From contig CBDBOV010000004.1 in NCBI GenBank assembly GCA_965208575.1, positions 832,001-896,000 of the forward strand: a stretch of 64,000 nucleotides of DNA, given 5' to 3'. Every line of letters begins with the position of its first letter. Within the stretch, counting starts at the first letter, position 1. Source of the DNA: Spirochaetia bacterium (GTDB lineage Bacteria > Spirochaetota > Spirochaetia > SZUA-6 > Bin103). The notes under the pieces are model-generated. The model had not been told where the DNA came from and did not search any database. It saw only the letters and a list, made by a program, of their open reading frames with translations. Shown piece by piece: positions 1-9,128 of the stretch. Both the position numbers and the translations under genes were made by a program.

Positions 1-591
1 GGGAATCCGGTAGGAGTGGGTCTGCAGACGCAGCGCGGCCATCGTGGCGGCCTGCCCGGTGAGAAGCTGGCCCGCGATCCGGCCGACGGTCAGTATGGCG
101 CGCGGTGCGAGCAGCCGCATCTGGCGCTGCAGGAACGGCAGGCAGGCCTGCGATTCGTCGCCGGCGGGATCGCGGTTGTCGGGCGGCCGGCACTTCACCA
201 CGTTGGTGATGAAACAGTTGTCGGCGCGCCGCAGCTCGATCGCCTCCAGCCACCGGTCCAGGTACTCCCCGGCGCGGCCCACGAACGGCCTGCCGGTGCG
301 ATCCTCGTCGTAGCCCGGCCCCTCGCCGACCACCAGCACCAAGGGCTGCGCCGCGCCCTCTCCCGGCACCGTGCGGGTGCGCCCGCGGCACAGCCCGCAC
401 GCACGACAGGCCGCGACCTCGCCGGCCACCGCGTCCAGGCTGTCTTCGCGGGCGACCTCGGCGGGCGCCGCCGGCGCCGCTTCCCGCGCCGGCAACCGCA
501 CCGGCGGCGGATCGCCCGCCGTTCGCTCGCCGCCGGTGTAGTAGTCCTCGATCAGGCTCAGCAGGCGCCAGTAGCGCTGGTCAGGCGTCAT
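1..591 (-). CDS. Uracil-DNA glycosylase, family 4 (3' end beyond window edge)
   Basis: Manual minus-strand translation from ATG 591: MTPDQRYW...CRACGLC...VGEGPGYDEDRTGRPFVGRAG...TNVVKCRPP. GEGPG and Fe-S Cys motifs of family 4 UDG. ATGA overlap with the truA stop. Not in the ORF track. Confidence 0.9.
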   Translation of the reverse strand, partial: MTPDQRYWRLLSLIEDYYTGGERTAGDPPPVRLPAREAAPAAPAEVAREDSLDAVAGEVAACRACGLCRGRTRTVPGEGAAQPLVLVVGEGPGYDEDRTGRPFVGRAGEYLDRWLEAIELRRADNCFITNVVKCRPPDNRDPAGDESQACLPFLQRQMRLLAPRAILTVGRIAGQLLTGQAATMAALRLQTHSYRIP

Positions 592-1406
592 GGGTCGGGA
601 GTGAGCGGAGGATACCACACGCGCTCCAGGAACAGGCCGCGCGCCGGCGCCGTCCGGCCCACCTCGGCGCGGCGCCGGCCCGCGACCAGGCGCCGCACGT
701 CGCTGGCGGGAGCTTCCATGGCGGCCAGCTCCAGCAGCGTGCCCACGATGCTGCGCACCATCTTCCACAGGAAGGAGGTGGCCACGATGTGGAACACCAC
801 ATACGGCGGCGACGGGTAGAACGACGCGCTTAGCACCCGTCGAACCTTGCTCGGGCTCGGATCCCGGGCTGCCGCGAACACCGTGAAGTCGTGTTCGCCG
901 ACCAGGAGTCCGGCGGCCCGGTTCAGGTGACGGAGGTCGAGCCGCTGGCGAACGTGGTAGCAGTAGCGGCGCAGGTGCGGCAGCCCGACGCCGCCGCAGA
1001 GCAACTGGTAGCGATAGCCGCGCGCCAGCGCGCTGCGGCGCGCGTCGAACCGCGCCGCGGCCGGACACGCCGCCAGCACGCGCACGTCAGGCGGCAGGTA
1101 GGAGTTGATCGCCACCGCCCAGCGCTCGGCGGGAAATGTCATCGGGGCGCTGAAGTTGGCCACCTGACCGGTCGCATGTACTCCCGAGTCGGTACGCCCC
1201 GCCGCCCGCACGCGCACCGGGCGGTCCAGCATCCGCGCCAGCGCCGCCTCCAGCACGCCCTGGACGGTGCGTTCGTCGTTCTGCACCTGCCAGCCGGCGA
1301 AGTCGGTGCCGTCGTAGGCAAGCGTGAGCTTCACGTTGGCATTCGCGGACGCGGCCGACCCGCGGCCGCCCGGTGGCGTGGACCGCTCGGCGGCGCGCCC
1401 GGTCAC
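588..1406 (-). CDS. truA: tRNA pseudouridine(38-40) synthase TruA
   Basis: AYDGTDFAGWQ, AGRTDSGVHATGQ and FLWKMVRSIVG motifs. GTG start at 1406 chosen because it overlaps the acpS stop (GTGA). Confidence 0.93.
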   Translation of the reverse strand: MTGRAAERSTPPGGRGSAASANANVKLTLAYDGTDFAGWQVQNDERTVQGVLEAALARMLDRPVRVRAAGRTDSGVHATGQVANFSAPMTFPAERWAVAINSYLPPDVRVLAACPAAARFDARRSALARGYRYQLLCGGVGLPHLRRYCYHVRQRLDLRHLNRAAGLLVGEHDFTVFAAARDPSPSKVRRVLSASFYPSPPYVVFHIVATSFLWKMVRSIVGTLLELAAMEAPASDVRRLVAGRRRAEVGRTAPARGLFLERVWYPPLTPDP

Positions 1407-1804
1407 GCGCCGGTTGAGGCGGCCGCGTGGTCGCTCTCGATGACGCACATCGCCAGCACCGCCTCCTTCTCGTGCGACAGGGAAATGAACACGCGCCCGC
1501 CGCCGGCGCGCTGCAGCGCCGCCTTGGCCGATCCGGTAAGCTGCAACTCCGGCTTGCCGTCCGCGTTGTTCAACACCGCCATGTCGCGCAGGGAAAGACC
1601 GGCAAGTCCCGAGCCCAGCGCCTTGCCGAACGCTTCCTTGGCGGCGAACCGCGCCGCCAGCGACAGCACCGCGGCCGCGCCGGAGCGCCGACGGCACTGC
1701 GCCAACTCTTCCGGGTGATAGAACCGTTCCAGCAGGCCCGGAATCTCCTGCCAACGCCGCAGCCGCTGCGGGTGCACCACGTCGATGCCTACACCCAGGA
1801 TCAT
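1403..1804 (-). CDS. acpS: Holo-[acyl-carrier-protein] synthase
   Basis: GVGIDVV, AARFAAKEAFGKALG and ISLSHE motifs. Confidence 0.95.
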   Translation of the reverse strand: MILGVGIDVVHPQRLRRWQEIPGLLERFYHPEELAQCRRRSGAAAVLSLAARFAAKEAFGKALGSGLAGLSLRDMAVLNNADGKPELQLTGSAKAALQRAGGGRVFISLSHEKEAVLAMCVIESDHAAASTGA

Positions 1805-1838
1805 GCCGCCGCCACCATCGCGCGCCTTGCCGGACCCG

Positions 1839-3032
1839 TCAACCGTCGCGTTGGTTGCATGCAGCTTCCCGCGCCGCGGCCACGAATCGCACCGCCTGCA
1901 CCGCCGCCGGCACGTCGTGCACGCGGATCATGTCCGCGCCGTGCACCAGGGCCACGGTGTTGGCGATCGTGGTACCCGCGAGCCGATCTTCGACCGGCGC
2001 CTGCAATATCTTGCCGATGAAAGACTTGCGTGACACGCCAATGAGCACGGGCGCGAGCGACCGCACGGCCGGCGTGCCGTGCAGCAGGCGCAGGTTGTCG
2101 TGCACGCGCTTGCCGAACCCGATGCCCGGATCCACGATCACCTGGCGGCAATCGATGCCGTCGTCGAGTGCGTCGTTGATGCGCTGCTTGAGTTCCCGCA
2201 CCACCTCCGCGACGGTGTCGCGGTAGGCGGCGCCGCGCTGCATGGTGGCGGGCGTGCCGCGCATGTGGTTGATCACAACCGGCACCCCGCGCTCGGCCGC
2301 CAGGCTGCGCAGGTCGGGATCGCGCAGGCCGTTCACGTCGTTGACCATCACCGCCCCGGCGTCGAGCGCCGCTTCCGCCACCACCGCCTTGCCGGTGTCG
2401 ATGGAGACCGGAGGACCACCCGCCGCCACCACCGCGGCGACCGCCGGCACCACCCGGCGCAGCTCCTCCGCGGCGCTCACCGGCGCCGCGCCGGGGCGCG
2501 TCGACTCGCCGCCGAGATCGACCAGGTCGGCGCCCTGCTCGCGCATGCGCAGCGCGGCCTGCGCCACCGCACCCGGCTCGGTGAGACGGCTGGCGGCATA
2601 GAACGAGTCGGGCGTGATGTTGATGATGCCCATGACCAGCGCGCGCCGCGCATAGTTCAGGGTTCCGGCGGCGGTCGCAATCGCACCCGGCAGTGCCTCC
2701 CACGCCGCCGCCAACTCGAGGCCCAGCCCGCGGGTGACTTCGTGCTGCTGCCAGCATGCCGCGAGTCGCGCCACGCCCGGGCCCGCGATCGTGGCGCGCA
2801 GGGCCGCTCCGCGCACGCTGAAACCGGCGGACAAATCTCGCAGGGACGCGGTGACGATTCGTTGTCGCGGCCGATCAAGCGCGTCGAGGCTGATTTCCGC
2901 TGCGAGCGGCTGCGGCTGCCCCGGACCCGGCCTGCGCCCACCCAAGGGGACGACGCGCAGATTGCGGCGAACGTCGTAGGCCCTGATCCGGAAGAGCGGG
3001 CCGGCGGGCGATGCGTGGGCATCGGGCTTCAT
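1839..3032 (-). CDS. folP: Dihydropteroate synthase with N-terminal extension (start uncertain)
   Basis: MGIINITPDSF, GGESTRPG, DPGIGFGK, GVSRKSF and RVHDV motifs in ORF 1839..3068. Confidence 0.92.
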   Translation of the reverse strand: MKPDAHASPAGPLFRIRAYDVRRNLRVVPLGGRRPGPGQPQPLAAEISLDALDRPRQRIVTASLRDLSAGFSVRGAALRATIAGPGVARLAACWQQHEVTRGLGLELAAAWEALPGAIATAAGTLNYARRALVMGIINITPDSFYAASRLTEPGAVAQAALRMREQGADLVDLGGESTRPGAAPVSAAEELRRVVPAVAAVVAAGGPPVSIDTGKAVVAEAALDAGAVMVNDVNGLRDPDLRSLAAERGVPVVINHMRGTPATMQRGAAYRDTVAEVVRELKQRINDALDDGIDCRQVIVDPGIGFGKRVHDNLRLLHGTPAVRSLAPVLIGVSRKSFIGKILQAPVEDRLAGTTIANTVALVHGADMIRVHDVPAAVQAVRFVAAAREAACNQRDG

Positions 3033-3113
3033 CGTCTTCCCTGTCACGGCGTGACCGTACGGACTCACCGCGTTGACGAGACTGCGCGCGCAGTACGCCG
3101 GCGACGGACCACG

Positions 3114-3203
3114 CTACTTCTTCTTGTGCCGGTTCTTTCTGAGCTTTTTCTTGCGCTTGTGAGTAGCTATTTTATGGCGCTTACGCTTCCGCCCACAGGG
3201 CAT
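3114..3203 (-). CDS. Small basic ribosomal protein bS22-like (AURKAIP1/COX24-type), 29 aa
   Basis: MPCGRKRKRHKIATHKRKKKLRKNRHKKK*, with a GGAG RBS upstream. Matches the bS22 family pattern as I recall it. Below the ORF-track length cutoff. Confidence 0.88.
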   Translation of the reverse strand: MPCGRKRKRHKIATHKRKKKLRKNRHKKK

Positions 3204-3313
3204 TGCAACGATACTCCAGTGTTGACCAGGTCGGTGACCAGTGTGTTCAGCCTCGGGATCCGCGACCGGCGCTGCACCGTCACGGGTTGCCGTGGAGTAC
3301 GGAGCGCACGGTA

Positions 3314-3342
3314 ACTATCGCCAACCTGTCCCCCGGTGTCAA
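3314..3342 (-). promoter_or_regulatory. Putative sigma70 promoter for bS22-folP-acpS-truA
   Basis: TTGACA-17 nt-GATAGT on the minus strand. Confidence 0.5.
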
Positions 3343-3457
3343 GGTGCCGTGCGTCAAGGTGCCGTGCGTCAAGGTGCCGTGCGTCAAGGTGCCGTGCGTC
3401 AAGGTGCCGTGCGTCAAGGTGCCGTGCGTCAAGGTGCCGTGCGTCAAGGTGCCGTGC
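3338..3457. repeat. Perfect tandem repeat, 8 x 15 bp (GTCAAGGTGCCGTGC)
   Basis: Eight consecutive identical units counted directly. The unit contains the miaA last codons and stop. Confidence 0.97.
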
Positions 3458-4409
3458 GCGCGAGAAACCGCTCCATTGCCGTGCCGACTTCGGCGCTGGC
3501 ATCGGCCGGCAGCCAGCGGACCTCCGGGAAGCGCCGGAAGAAGGTGAGCTGGCGCTTTGCCAGCCGCCGCGTGTTGCGCTGGATCAGCCGCAGTATCGTT
3601 TCATCCGGGGCCGAGTGGTCCTGGAAGAACTCCGCGTAACCGATGCTGCGCAGTCCCGGTGTGTCGCGGTGGTAGCCGCGCGCGCGCAACGCCGCCACCT
3701 CGGCGGCCAGGCCGCCGGCGAACATCTGCTCCACCCGTCGATCGATGCGCCGGTACAGATCGGCGCGATCCCGATGCAGCCCCAGGATCAGCAACTCGAA
3801 ATCGCTGCGCACCGTCTCGGACGGGCGGAACGACGACCATGGCGTACCGGTGAGCCGGATCACCTCGAGAGCGCGCAGCACCCGATTCACGTCCGCCTGT
3901 GGCAGCCGCGCCGCGCCGTCCGGGTCGCTGCGGGCAAGCTCGGCGTGCAGCGCCGCCGCACCCTCGGTGCGCAGCCGTTCGCGCAACTCGCGCCGGATTC
4001 TCGGGTCGGCCGGAGGCGCCGCCGATAGCCCGTGCAACAGTGACCACAGGTAGAACGCCGCGCCGCCGGCCACCACCGCCCGGCCGCCGCGCCGCTCGAT
4101 CTCGCCCACCAGGCGGTTCGCAGCGCGCACGAAGTCGCCCGCGGTGAACTGGCGGTCGGGGGCCACGACGTCGACCAGGTGATGCGGCATCCGGCGGCGC
4201 AACTGCTGCGGCGGCTTGGCCGTACCCGCGTCGAGTTCGCGGTACACCTGACGCGAGTCGGCATTGATCACTTCCACCTGCCAGCGGCGCAAGCGCGGCA
4301 GCAGGTCTTCAAGGAGCCGAGACTTCCCGACCGCCGTCGGGCCCAGCAGCAGCGTTACGCGCGGGCGAGGAGCGGCTTGCGCGCCGGCGCGCGAACCCGG
4401 TTCCGCCAT
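3444..4409 (-). CDS. miaA: tRNA dimethylallyltransferase
   Basis: GPTAVGKS, INADSRQVY, GTAKP, SIGYAE and AKRQLTFF motifs. Confidence 0.96.
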   Translation of the reverse strand: MAEPGSRAGAQAAPRPRVTLLLGPTAVGKSRLLEDLLPRLRRWQVEVINADSRQVYRELDAGTAKPPQQLRRRMPHHLVDVVAPDRQFTAGDFVRAANRLVGEIERRGGRAVVAGGAAFYLWSLLHGLSAAPPADPRIRRELRERLRTEGAAALHAELARSDPDGAARLPQADVNRVLRALEVIRLTGTPWSSFRPSETVRSDFELLILGLHRDRADLYRRIDRRVEQMFAGGLAAEVAALRARGYHRDTPGLRSIGYAEFFQDHSAPDETILRLIQRNTRRLAKRQLTFFRRFPEVRWLPADASAEVGTAMERFLARTAP

Positions 4410-4441
4410 CGACGACGCCCCGACTCGGCAGCGCGGATGCG

Positions 4442-4639
4442 CTACCGCGCTATCTCGTACTTCACCTTCTTGGTGAGAATCTGCTGGATGGAGGTGGAGA
4501 CGATCTTGCCCTTGTTCGCTTCGATATCTTCGTCGCCGGTCAAGGCGAGCTGGTGCGCGCGGCGCATCGCGGCAGCCGAGAGCTGATAGCGGTTATCGAC
4601 ATTTCCGATCAGAAGGTGCAGAGGAAGAATCACGTCCAC
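4442..4639 (-). CDS. rpoZ: RNA polymerase omega subunit
   Basis: 65 aa with NRYQLSAAAMRRAHQL and KIVSTSI; typical position between cmk and miaA. Confidence 0.82.
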   Translation of the reverse strand: MDVILPLHLLIGNVDNRYQLSAAAMRRAHQLALTGDEDIEANKGKIVSTSIQQILTKKVKYEIAR

Positions 4640-4715
4640 CCAATTATATAGCCGTTGCCGCGCTTCGGGTATCGGAATTGTCCGCCGCCGCGTCCGCCAC
4701 CGCCGGCGCGGGCCG

Positions 4716-5255
4716 TCAGCTCACGCCGCCGCCGGCAACGCCGCCACGCGCGCGCGCCGCCGCGACAATGGCTGCCGCCGCCGCGAATTGATCGTACGCC
4801 GACGTATCGATTACCAGGTCGGCGGGTGCGGCGTCGTCGATGTCGATCCGGTACAGTTCCAGGTAGCGCTGCCGGTCGTTGGCGTCGCGCCGTCCGGTGT
4901 CGACTTCGGCGGCGGCGTACGCGGTGTGCTCGCGCCGCGCGATGCGCCGCGCCCGCACCTCCGGAGGCGCGGTCAGGTACACCTTCAGCTCGGCATCCGC
5001 GAGCAGCCAGATGGCGAGCCGCGAGGCGAGTACGCAGGCGCCGCCGGCCGCCGCGGCGAGCTGGCGCCGGTCGAGGGTGCGGTCGATCGAGAAATCGCGC
5101 GCCGCGCGCGCGTGCAGCTCGGCAAAACCGACTCCGTATTCGGCGGCGAGGTTCTTGAACGTGTAGTTGATCAGCCGCAGGCCGAGGCGGTCGGCGACCA
5201 GGCGCGATACCGTCGAGTTTCCGCAGCCGCTCTTGCCCGAGATCGCTATGCGCAT
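4716..5255 (-). CDS. cmk: Cytidylate kinase (archaeal/spirochaete type)
   Basis: MRIAISGKSGCGNSTVS P-loop; SRLAIW; RYLELYRID. Confidence 0.88.
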   Translation of the reverse strand: MRIAISGKSGCGNSTVSRLVADRLGLRLINYTFKNLAAEYGVGFAELHARAARDFSIDRTLDRRQLAAAAGGACVLASRLAIWLLADAELKVYLTAPPEVRARRIARREHTAYAAAEVDTGRRDANDRQRYLELYRIDIDDAAPADLVIDTSAYDQFAAAAAIVAAARARGGVAGGGVS

Positions 5256-5268
5256 CGGCGTGGCCCGG

Positions 5269-6129
5269 TCAGGCGACGTTGCGCAGGTGCTCGCGGATGC
5301 GCTCGACGGCATCCTTGACGCGAACGGCCGCGGCGCTGATCGAGACCGCCGAACCCTTGGCGGCCAAGGTGTTGGCCTCGCGCATCATTTCCTGGCTGAT
5401 GAACTCCAGCTTCTTGGCCCGTTCACCGGCTGCGAGCGCGTCGCCGAACGCCTCGAGGTGGCCGCGCAGCCGGACCAGCTCCTCGTTGACGTCGCTCCTG
5501 GCAAGCAGCGTGGCGAGCGTTGCCACCAACCGCTCCTCGTCCACCGCGTCCGCGAGCAGTTCCTGCACGCGGGCGGCCAGTGCGTCCCGCTGGCGCCGGG
5601 CCGCCCGCGGCGCCTCGGTCTCGATCCGGTCCACCTCGCTTGCGATCTGTGCGAGCAGGCGGCGCAGGTCGGCCGCGGTGACGCTCCCGTCGCGGCGGCA
5701 CGCCGCGTCGTACCGTGCGAACGCCTGCTCAAGCGGCTGCCTGCAGTCGTTCCACACCTCCTCCACGCACGGCTCGCGCCGCTCGCTCAGGAATCCACCC
5801 ACCGCGAGCAGGTTGGTCAGCGTGACCGGGCCGCCGCCGGCAACGTCGGACAACTCGCGCAACGCGCCGATGTAGGCGCGGGCGGCCGCCGTGTCGGCGC
5901 TCACCTCGACGGTGTCGGCAAGATCCGCCACCGTCAGCGCCAGTTCCACCCGTCCGCGGCTCACGCGCTCGGCCACCTCGGCGCGCAGACGCGGCTCCAG
6001 TTCGGCGTAGCCGGGCGGCACGCCGACCTGAATTTCCAGGTAACGGCTGTTGTACGACTTTACCTCGACGGCGATGCGCCGCTTCCGGGTGGTGTGCTCG
6101 GCCCGGCCGAAGCCGGTCATGCCGCGCAT
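5269..6129 (-). CDS. yicC: YicC/YloC family endoribonuclease
   Basis: MRGMTGFGRA start, EVKSYNSRY, EELVRL and QEMMREANT motifs. TGATG overlap with the murC stop. Confidence 0.93.
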   Translation of the reverse strand: MRGMTGFGRAEHTTRKRRIAVEVKSYNSRYLEIQVGVPPGYAELEPRLRAEVAERVSRGRVELALTVADLADTVEVSADTAAARAYIGALRELSDVAGGGPVTLTNLLAVGGFLSERREPCVEEVWNDCRQPLEQAFARYDAACRRDGSVTAADLRRLLAQIASEVDRIETEAPRAARRQRDALAARVQELLADAVDEERLVATLATLLARSDVNEELVRLRGHLEAFGDALAAGERAKKLEFISQEMMREANTLAAKGSAVSISAAAVRVKDAVERIREHLRNVA

Positions 6130-7577
6130 CAGCGGGCTGCCCCGCGCCGCTGCGCACCGCCGAGCAGGCGCAGCAGGTCCCGGCCCACCCGCCAATTGTC
6201 GCCGGCTCCCATGGTCACCAGCAGGTCGCCGCGGCGCAGGGTGGCGGCGAGGCGCGCGCTTGCCGCCGCCAGGGTGTCGCACCAGCGCACGCACGGGTGT
6301 GCGCCGGCGACCGCATCGTACAGCGCGCGTCCCGCCTGCGCGGGGGTGACCGGGGATCGCTCGCGCGCGGAGGCGTACACGGGGTGCAGCAACACCTCGT
6401 CGGCGGCGCCGAACGCGGTAGCGAAGTCGGCCAGCAGCGCCGCGGTGCGCGAGAAGGTGTGGCTCATGAAGTCGACCACGATGCGCCGGCCCGGGTAGAA
6501 CGCCCGCAGCCCGGCCAGCGTGGTAACCAGCTCCGTCGGGTGATGCGCGTAGTCGTCGATCACCAGGATGCCGCCGTGCTCCCCGACAATCTCGGTGCGG
6601 CGCTTGCCGCCGCGGTAGCCGCCGAGCGCGCGCACGATCGCCGACTGCTGCGGCTCGCCGAGCGCCCGGCCCTGCTCGCCGAGCAGCACGCATGCCACGC
6701 CGGCGGCGGCGGCGGCGTTGGCGGCGTTGTGGCGTCCCGGCACCCGGAGCGCGACCGGCTCGGCCAGGCAGTGCAGCCGGAACCGGGTCACGCCGGCCGC
6801 CGCCCGCAACGAGCAGATGCGCAGCGCGCCGGCGGCGTGTTCACCGTACGGGAGCAGGCGCAGGTCCGGGCGCCGTCCGGCAACGATGCACGCCACCTCG
6901 ACGGCGCCCGCGTTGTCGGCGCAGTAAATGAGGGTGCCGCCCTCCGGCAGCGTGCCGGCGAAGTCGGTGAACGCGGCCACCAGCGCGGCGTGGGTCGGAA
7001 ACGCATCGACGTGCTCCAGCTCCACGGCGGTTATCACGATGTGGCTGGGCCGGAAACTGGCGAAGTGGTTGCGATATTCGCAGGTCTCGGCGATCAGGTA
7101 GTCGGTGCCGCCGATCAGGGTCGCCCGGCCGTCGAAGTTGGCCACCCCGGTGGCGGTGAGCACGGTTGCCGGGAGCTGCAGCGCCTGCACCAGCAGCCCG
7201 CACAGCGCGGCGGTGGTGGTCTTTCCGTGTACCCCGGCGATGGCCACCGAACGGGCGCCGCGCGACAGCGCACCGAGCGCCTCCGGGTAGCTGGACAACG
7301 GGATGCCGCGCGCCGCGGCGGCGAGCAGTTGCGGGTTGTCGCTGCGTTCGTAGGCGGCGGAGTGGATCACCCAGTCGGTGTCCGCCGGCAGGTCGGCAGC
7401 GGCGAAACCGACCCCGGGCCGGAGTTGCAGGCGATCCAGTATCTCGTCGGTAGGGAACGACTCGGCCACGTCGGAGCCGGTCAGGGACGCACCGCGGGCG
7501 GCCAGAATCTCGGCAAGCGCCGCCATGCCGGTGCCCTTGGCCCCTACCAGGTGAATGTTGCGTCCTCTGATCTGCAT
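6129..7577 (-). CDS. murC: UDP-N-acetylmuramate--L-alanine ligase
   Basis: HLVGAKGTGMA, AGVHGKTTT, DDYAHHPTE and MGAGD motifs. Confidence 0.95.
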   Translation of the reverse strand: MQIRGRNIHLVGAKGTGMAALAEILAARGASLTGSDVAESFPTDEILDRLQLRPGVGFAAADLPADTDWVIHSAAYERSDNPQLLAAAARGIPLSSYPEALGALSRGARSVAIAGVHGKTTTAALCGLLVQALQLPATVLTATGVANFDGRATLIGGTDYLIAETCEYRNHFASFRPSHIVITAVELEHVDAFPTHAALVAAFTDFAGTLPEGGTLIYCADNAGAVEVACIVAGRRPDLRLLPYGEHAAGALRICSLRAAAGVTRFRLHCLAEPVALRVPGRHNAANAAAAAGVACVLLGEQGRALGEPQQSAIVRALGGYRGGKRRTEIVGEHGGILVIDDYAHHPTELVTTLAGLRAFYPGRRIVVDFMSHTFSRTAALLADFATAFGAADEVLLHPVYASARERSPVTPAQAGRALYDAVAGAHPCVRWCDTLAAASARLAATLRRGDLLVTMGAGDNWRVGRDLLRLLGGAQRRGAAR

Positions 7578-7632
7578 TCCGGGTGCTCCGGCGCGGGGCG
7601 CGAACGGTGCGATCAACGAAACTGCGCGGCGT

Positions 7633-7704
<72 letters not shown>

Positions 7705-7717
7705 CTGGAGTGGTGAA

Positions 7718-7746
7718 AATATCGTCGCGCGAGCGTGCCATGTCAA
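7718..7746 (-). promoter_or_regulatory. Putative promoter for tRNA-Glu/murC operon
   Basis: TTGACA-17 nt-GATATT just upstream of the tRNA 5' end. Confidence 0.55.
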
Positions 7747-7765
7747 CCGAAGGGGGCCGCGTACG

Positions 7766-9019
7766 CAGGGCAATCGACTGAGTGGATTTACTCAGGTCGT
7801 GAGCAGCGAGTAGAGAAAGTCCTCATTCCAGGCAGCGATGTGACGACTGGCGCGCATGCTGTGTTTGCCCTTGCCGCGCCGCAGGAGATTGCTGGCCATG
7901 TGCTTGATGGTGGCGAAGTTCGCCGGCGCGTGCCCGCTCCGTATGCGGCACTCGTCATCGCGGAACACCATGTCCATCACCCAGTGCAGCCCATTCTCGA
8001 CGCCCCAGTGGCTGCGTATCGCGTGGCCGATCTGCTCGGCATCCGCCGGCAACGAGCTGATGTAGTAGCGCGTCTCGGTTTCGACCTTGTCCTCGACCAA
8101 TAGTTCACGCCGGCTCTCCACCTTCACGATGCTGCGCAGCCCCGGCCAGCGGTGGTCCTGCTGCAGCCACGCGATGTCCTCGGTCGCTACCACCCGCCGC
8201 GTCTCCAGACGTCCGTGGCCCTTGTCACTACTCTCATGTACCGTGACTTGGTGCCCGGCGAAGCCATCCTGTCGTTCGTCGAAGAACAACGCCACATCCT
8301 TATGCAGCGTCCCCTGATTTCCTTTCAGACCCAATACATAGTCTGCTTTCTGCTCGATGATCCGGGCACCGATCTCGCGCTGGCAGCCCATCGCGTCGAT
8401 GGTCACCACCGCGCCGTGCAACTCCAGCAACCGCAACAGCTCCGGGATCGCCGGGATCTCGTTCGACTTGTCCGCCACCTTGCACTGGCCCAGCACCAGC
8501 CGCTGCTGGCTACTCCACGCCGAGATCATATGGATCGGTCCCTGCTCGGCAGCGCGATCAAGCGAGCGCCGCAGCGTCTTGCCATCTACCGCCACCACTC
8601 CACGCACCGCCGCCGTAAACCGCTCCACCCAGGCGATGAAACAACTCTGGAACTGCTGCGCGTCCAGCCGCGCGAACACGTTCCCCAGTTGGTCATGCGA
8701 TGGGACCCCATGGGCGAATGGCAAGAAGCGGCGCAGAAACTTCAGCTTCTGCTGGCCATACAGCGCCACCTCGACCCAGCTATCGGCACCGCCGAGCACT
8801 GCGCACAGGCACAGCAACAGGATCTCCGGCAGCGGATAGAGCACCTTCGCCTGCTGGCGCGGGTCGTCGAGAGCGTCGAAACTGCCTAAGAATTCGACAT
8901 CACCACCACTGTCATCGTTCATCAGAATGCCCCTCCCAGAGCTATTTCCTAGCTCCTTCAGTACATACTGATCACCGCCTGTCTGTCACCCTACCCAAAA
9001 TATTCGGTCGATTGCCCTG
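7766..9019 (-). mobile_element. ISAs1-family insertion sequence (1254 bp)
   Basis: Perfect 13-bp terminal inverted repeats CAGGGCAATCGAC. 10-bp direct repeat GCCGCGTACG at 7756-7765 and 9020-9029. Confidence 0.95.
7792..8922 (-). CDS. ISAs1-family DDE transposase
   Basis: DPRQ, VAVDGKTLR, KSNEI, TIDAMGCQ, LKGNQ, HGRLETR and HWGVENGLHW motifs. Confidence 0.96.
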   Translation of the reverse strand: MNDDSGGDVEFLGSFDALDDPRQQAKVLYPLPEILLLCLCAVLGGADSWVEVALYGQQKLKFLRRFLPFAHGVPSHDQLGNVFARLDAQQFQSCFIAWVERFTAAVRGVVAVDGKTLRRSLDRAAEQGPIHMISAWSSQQRLVLGQCKVADKSNEIPAIPELLRLLELHGAVVTIDAMGCQREIGARIIEQKADYVLGLKGNQGTLHKDVALFFDERQDGFAGHQVTVHESSDKGHGRLETRRVVATEDIAWLQQDHRWPGLRSIVKVESRRELLVEDKVETETRYYISSLPADAEQIGHAIRSHWGVENGLHWVMDMVFRDDECRIRSGHAPANFATIKHMASNLLRRGKGKHSMRASRHIAAWNEDFLYSLLTT

Positions 9020-9128
9020 GCCGCGTACGGCCGCGAACCCCCGGTAAGATTCGCGGCTTTGCGGCCGTCTGTGCACCGTGAGCGGTTGCCGCCGGCAGCC
9101 GCTATCCCGTTCCGATGGAGCTGTAACG

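Noticed and set aside
16-819. Long plus-strand ORF
   Set aside because: Antisense shadow of the UDG and truA genes; no recognisable motifs.
3210-3310. Possible SRP, 6S or other ncRNA in the bS22 leader
   Set aside because: No SRP loop motif or other recognisable signature; would need an Rfam scan.
3338-3457. CRISPR-like array, or repeat-encoded peptides (ARHLD/VKVPC/RQGAV ORFs)
   Set aside because: Units are contiguous with no spacers and no cas genes are present; the ORFs are by-products of the tandem repeat.
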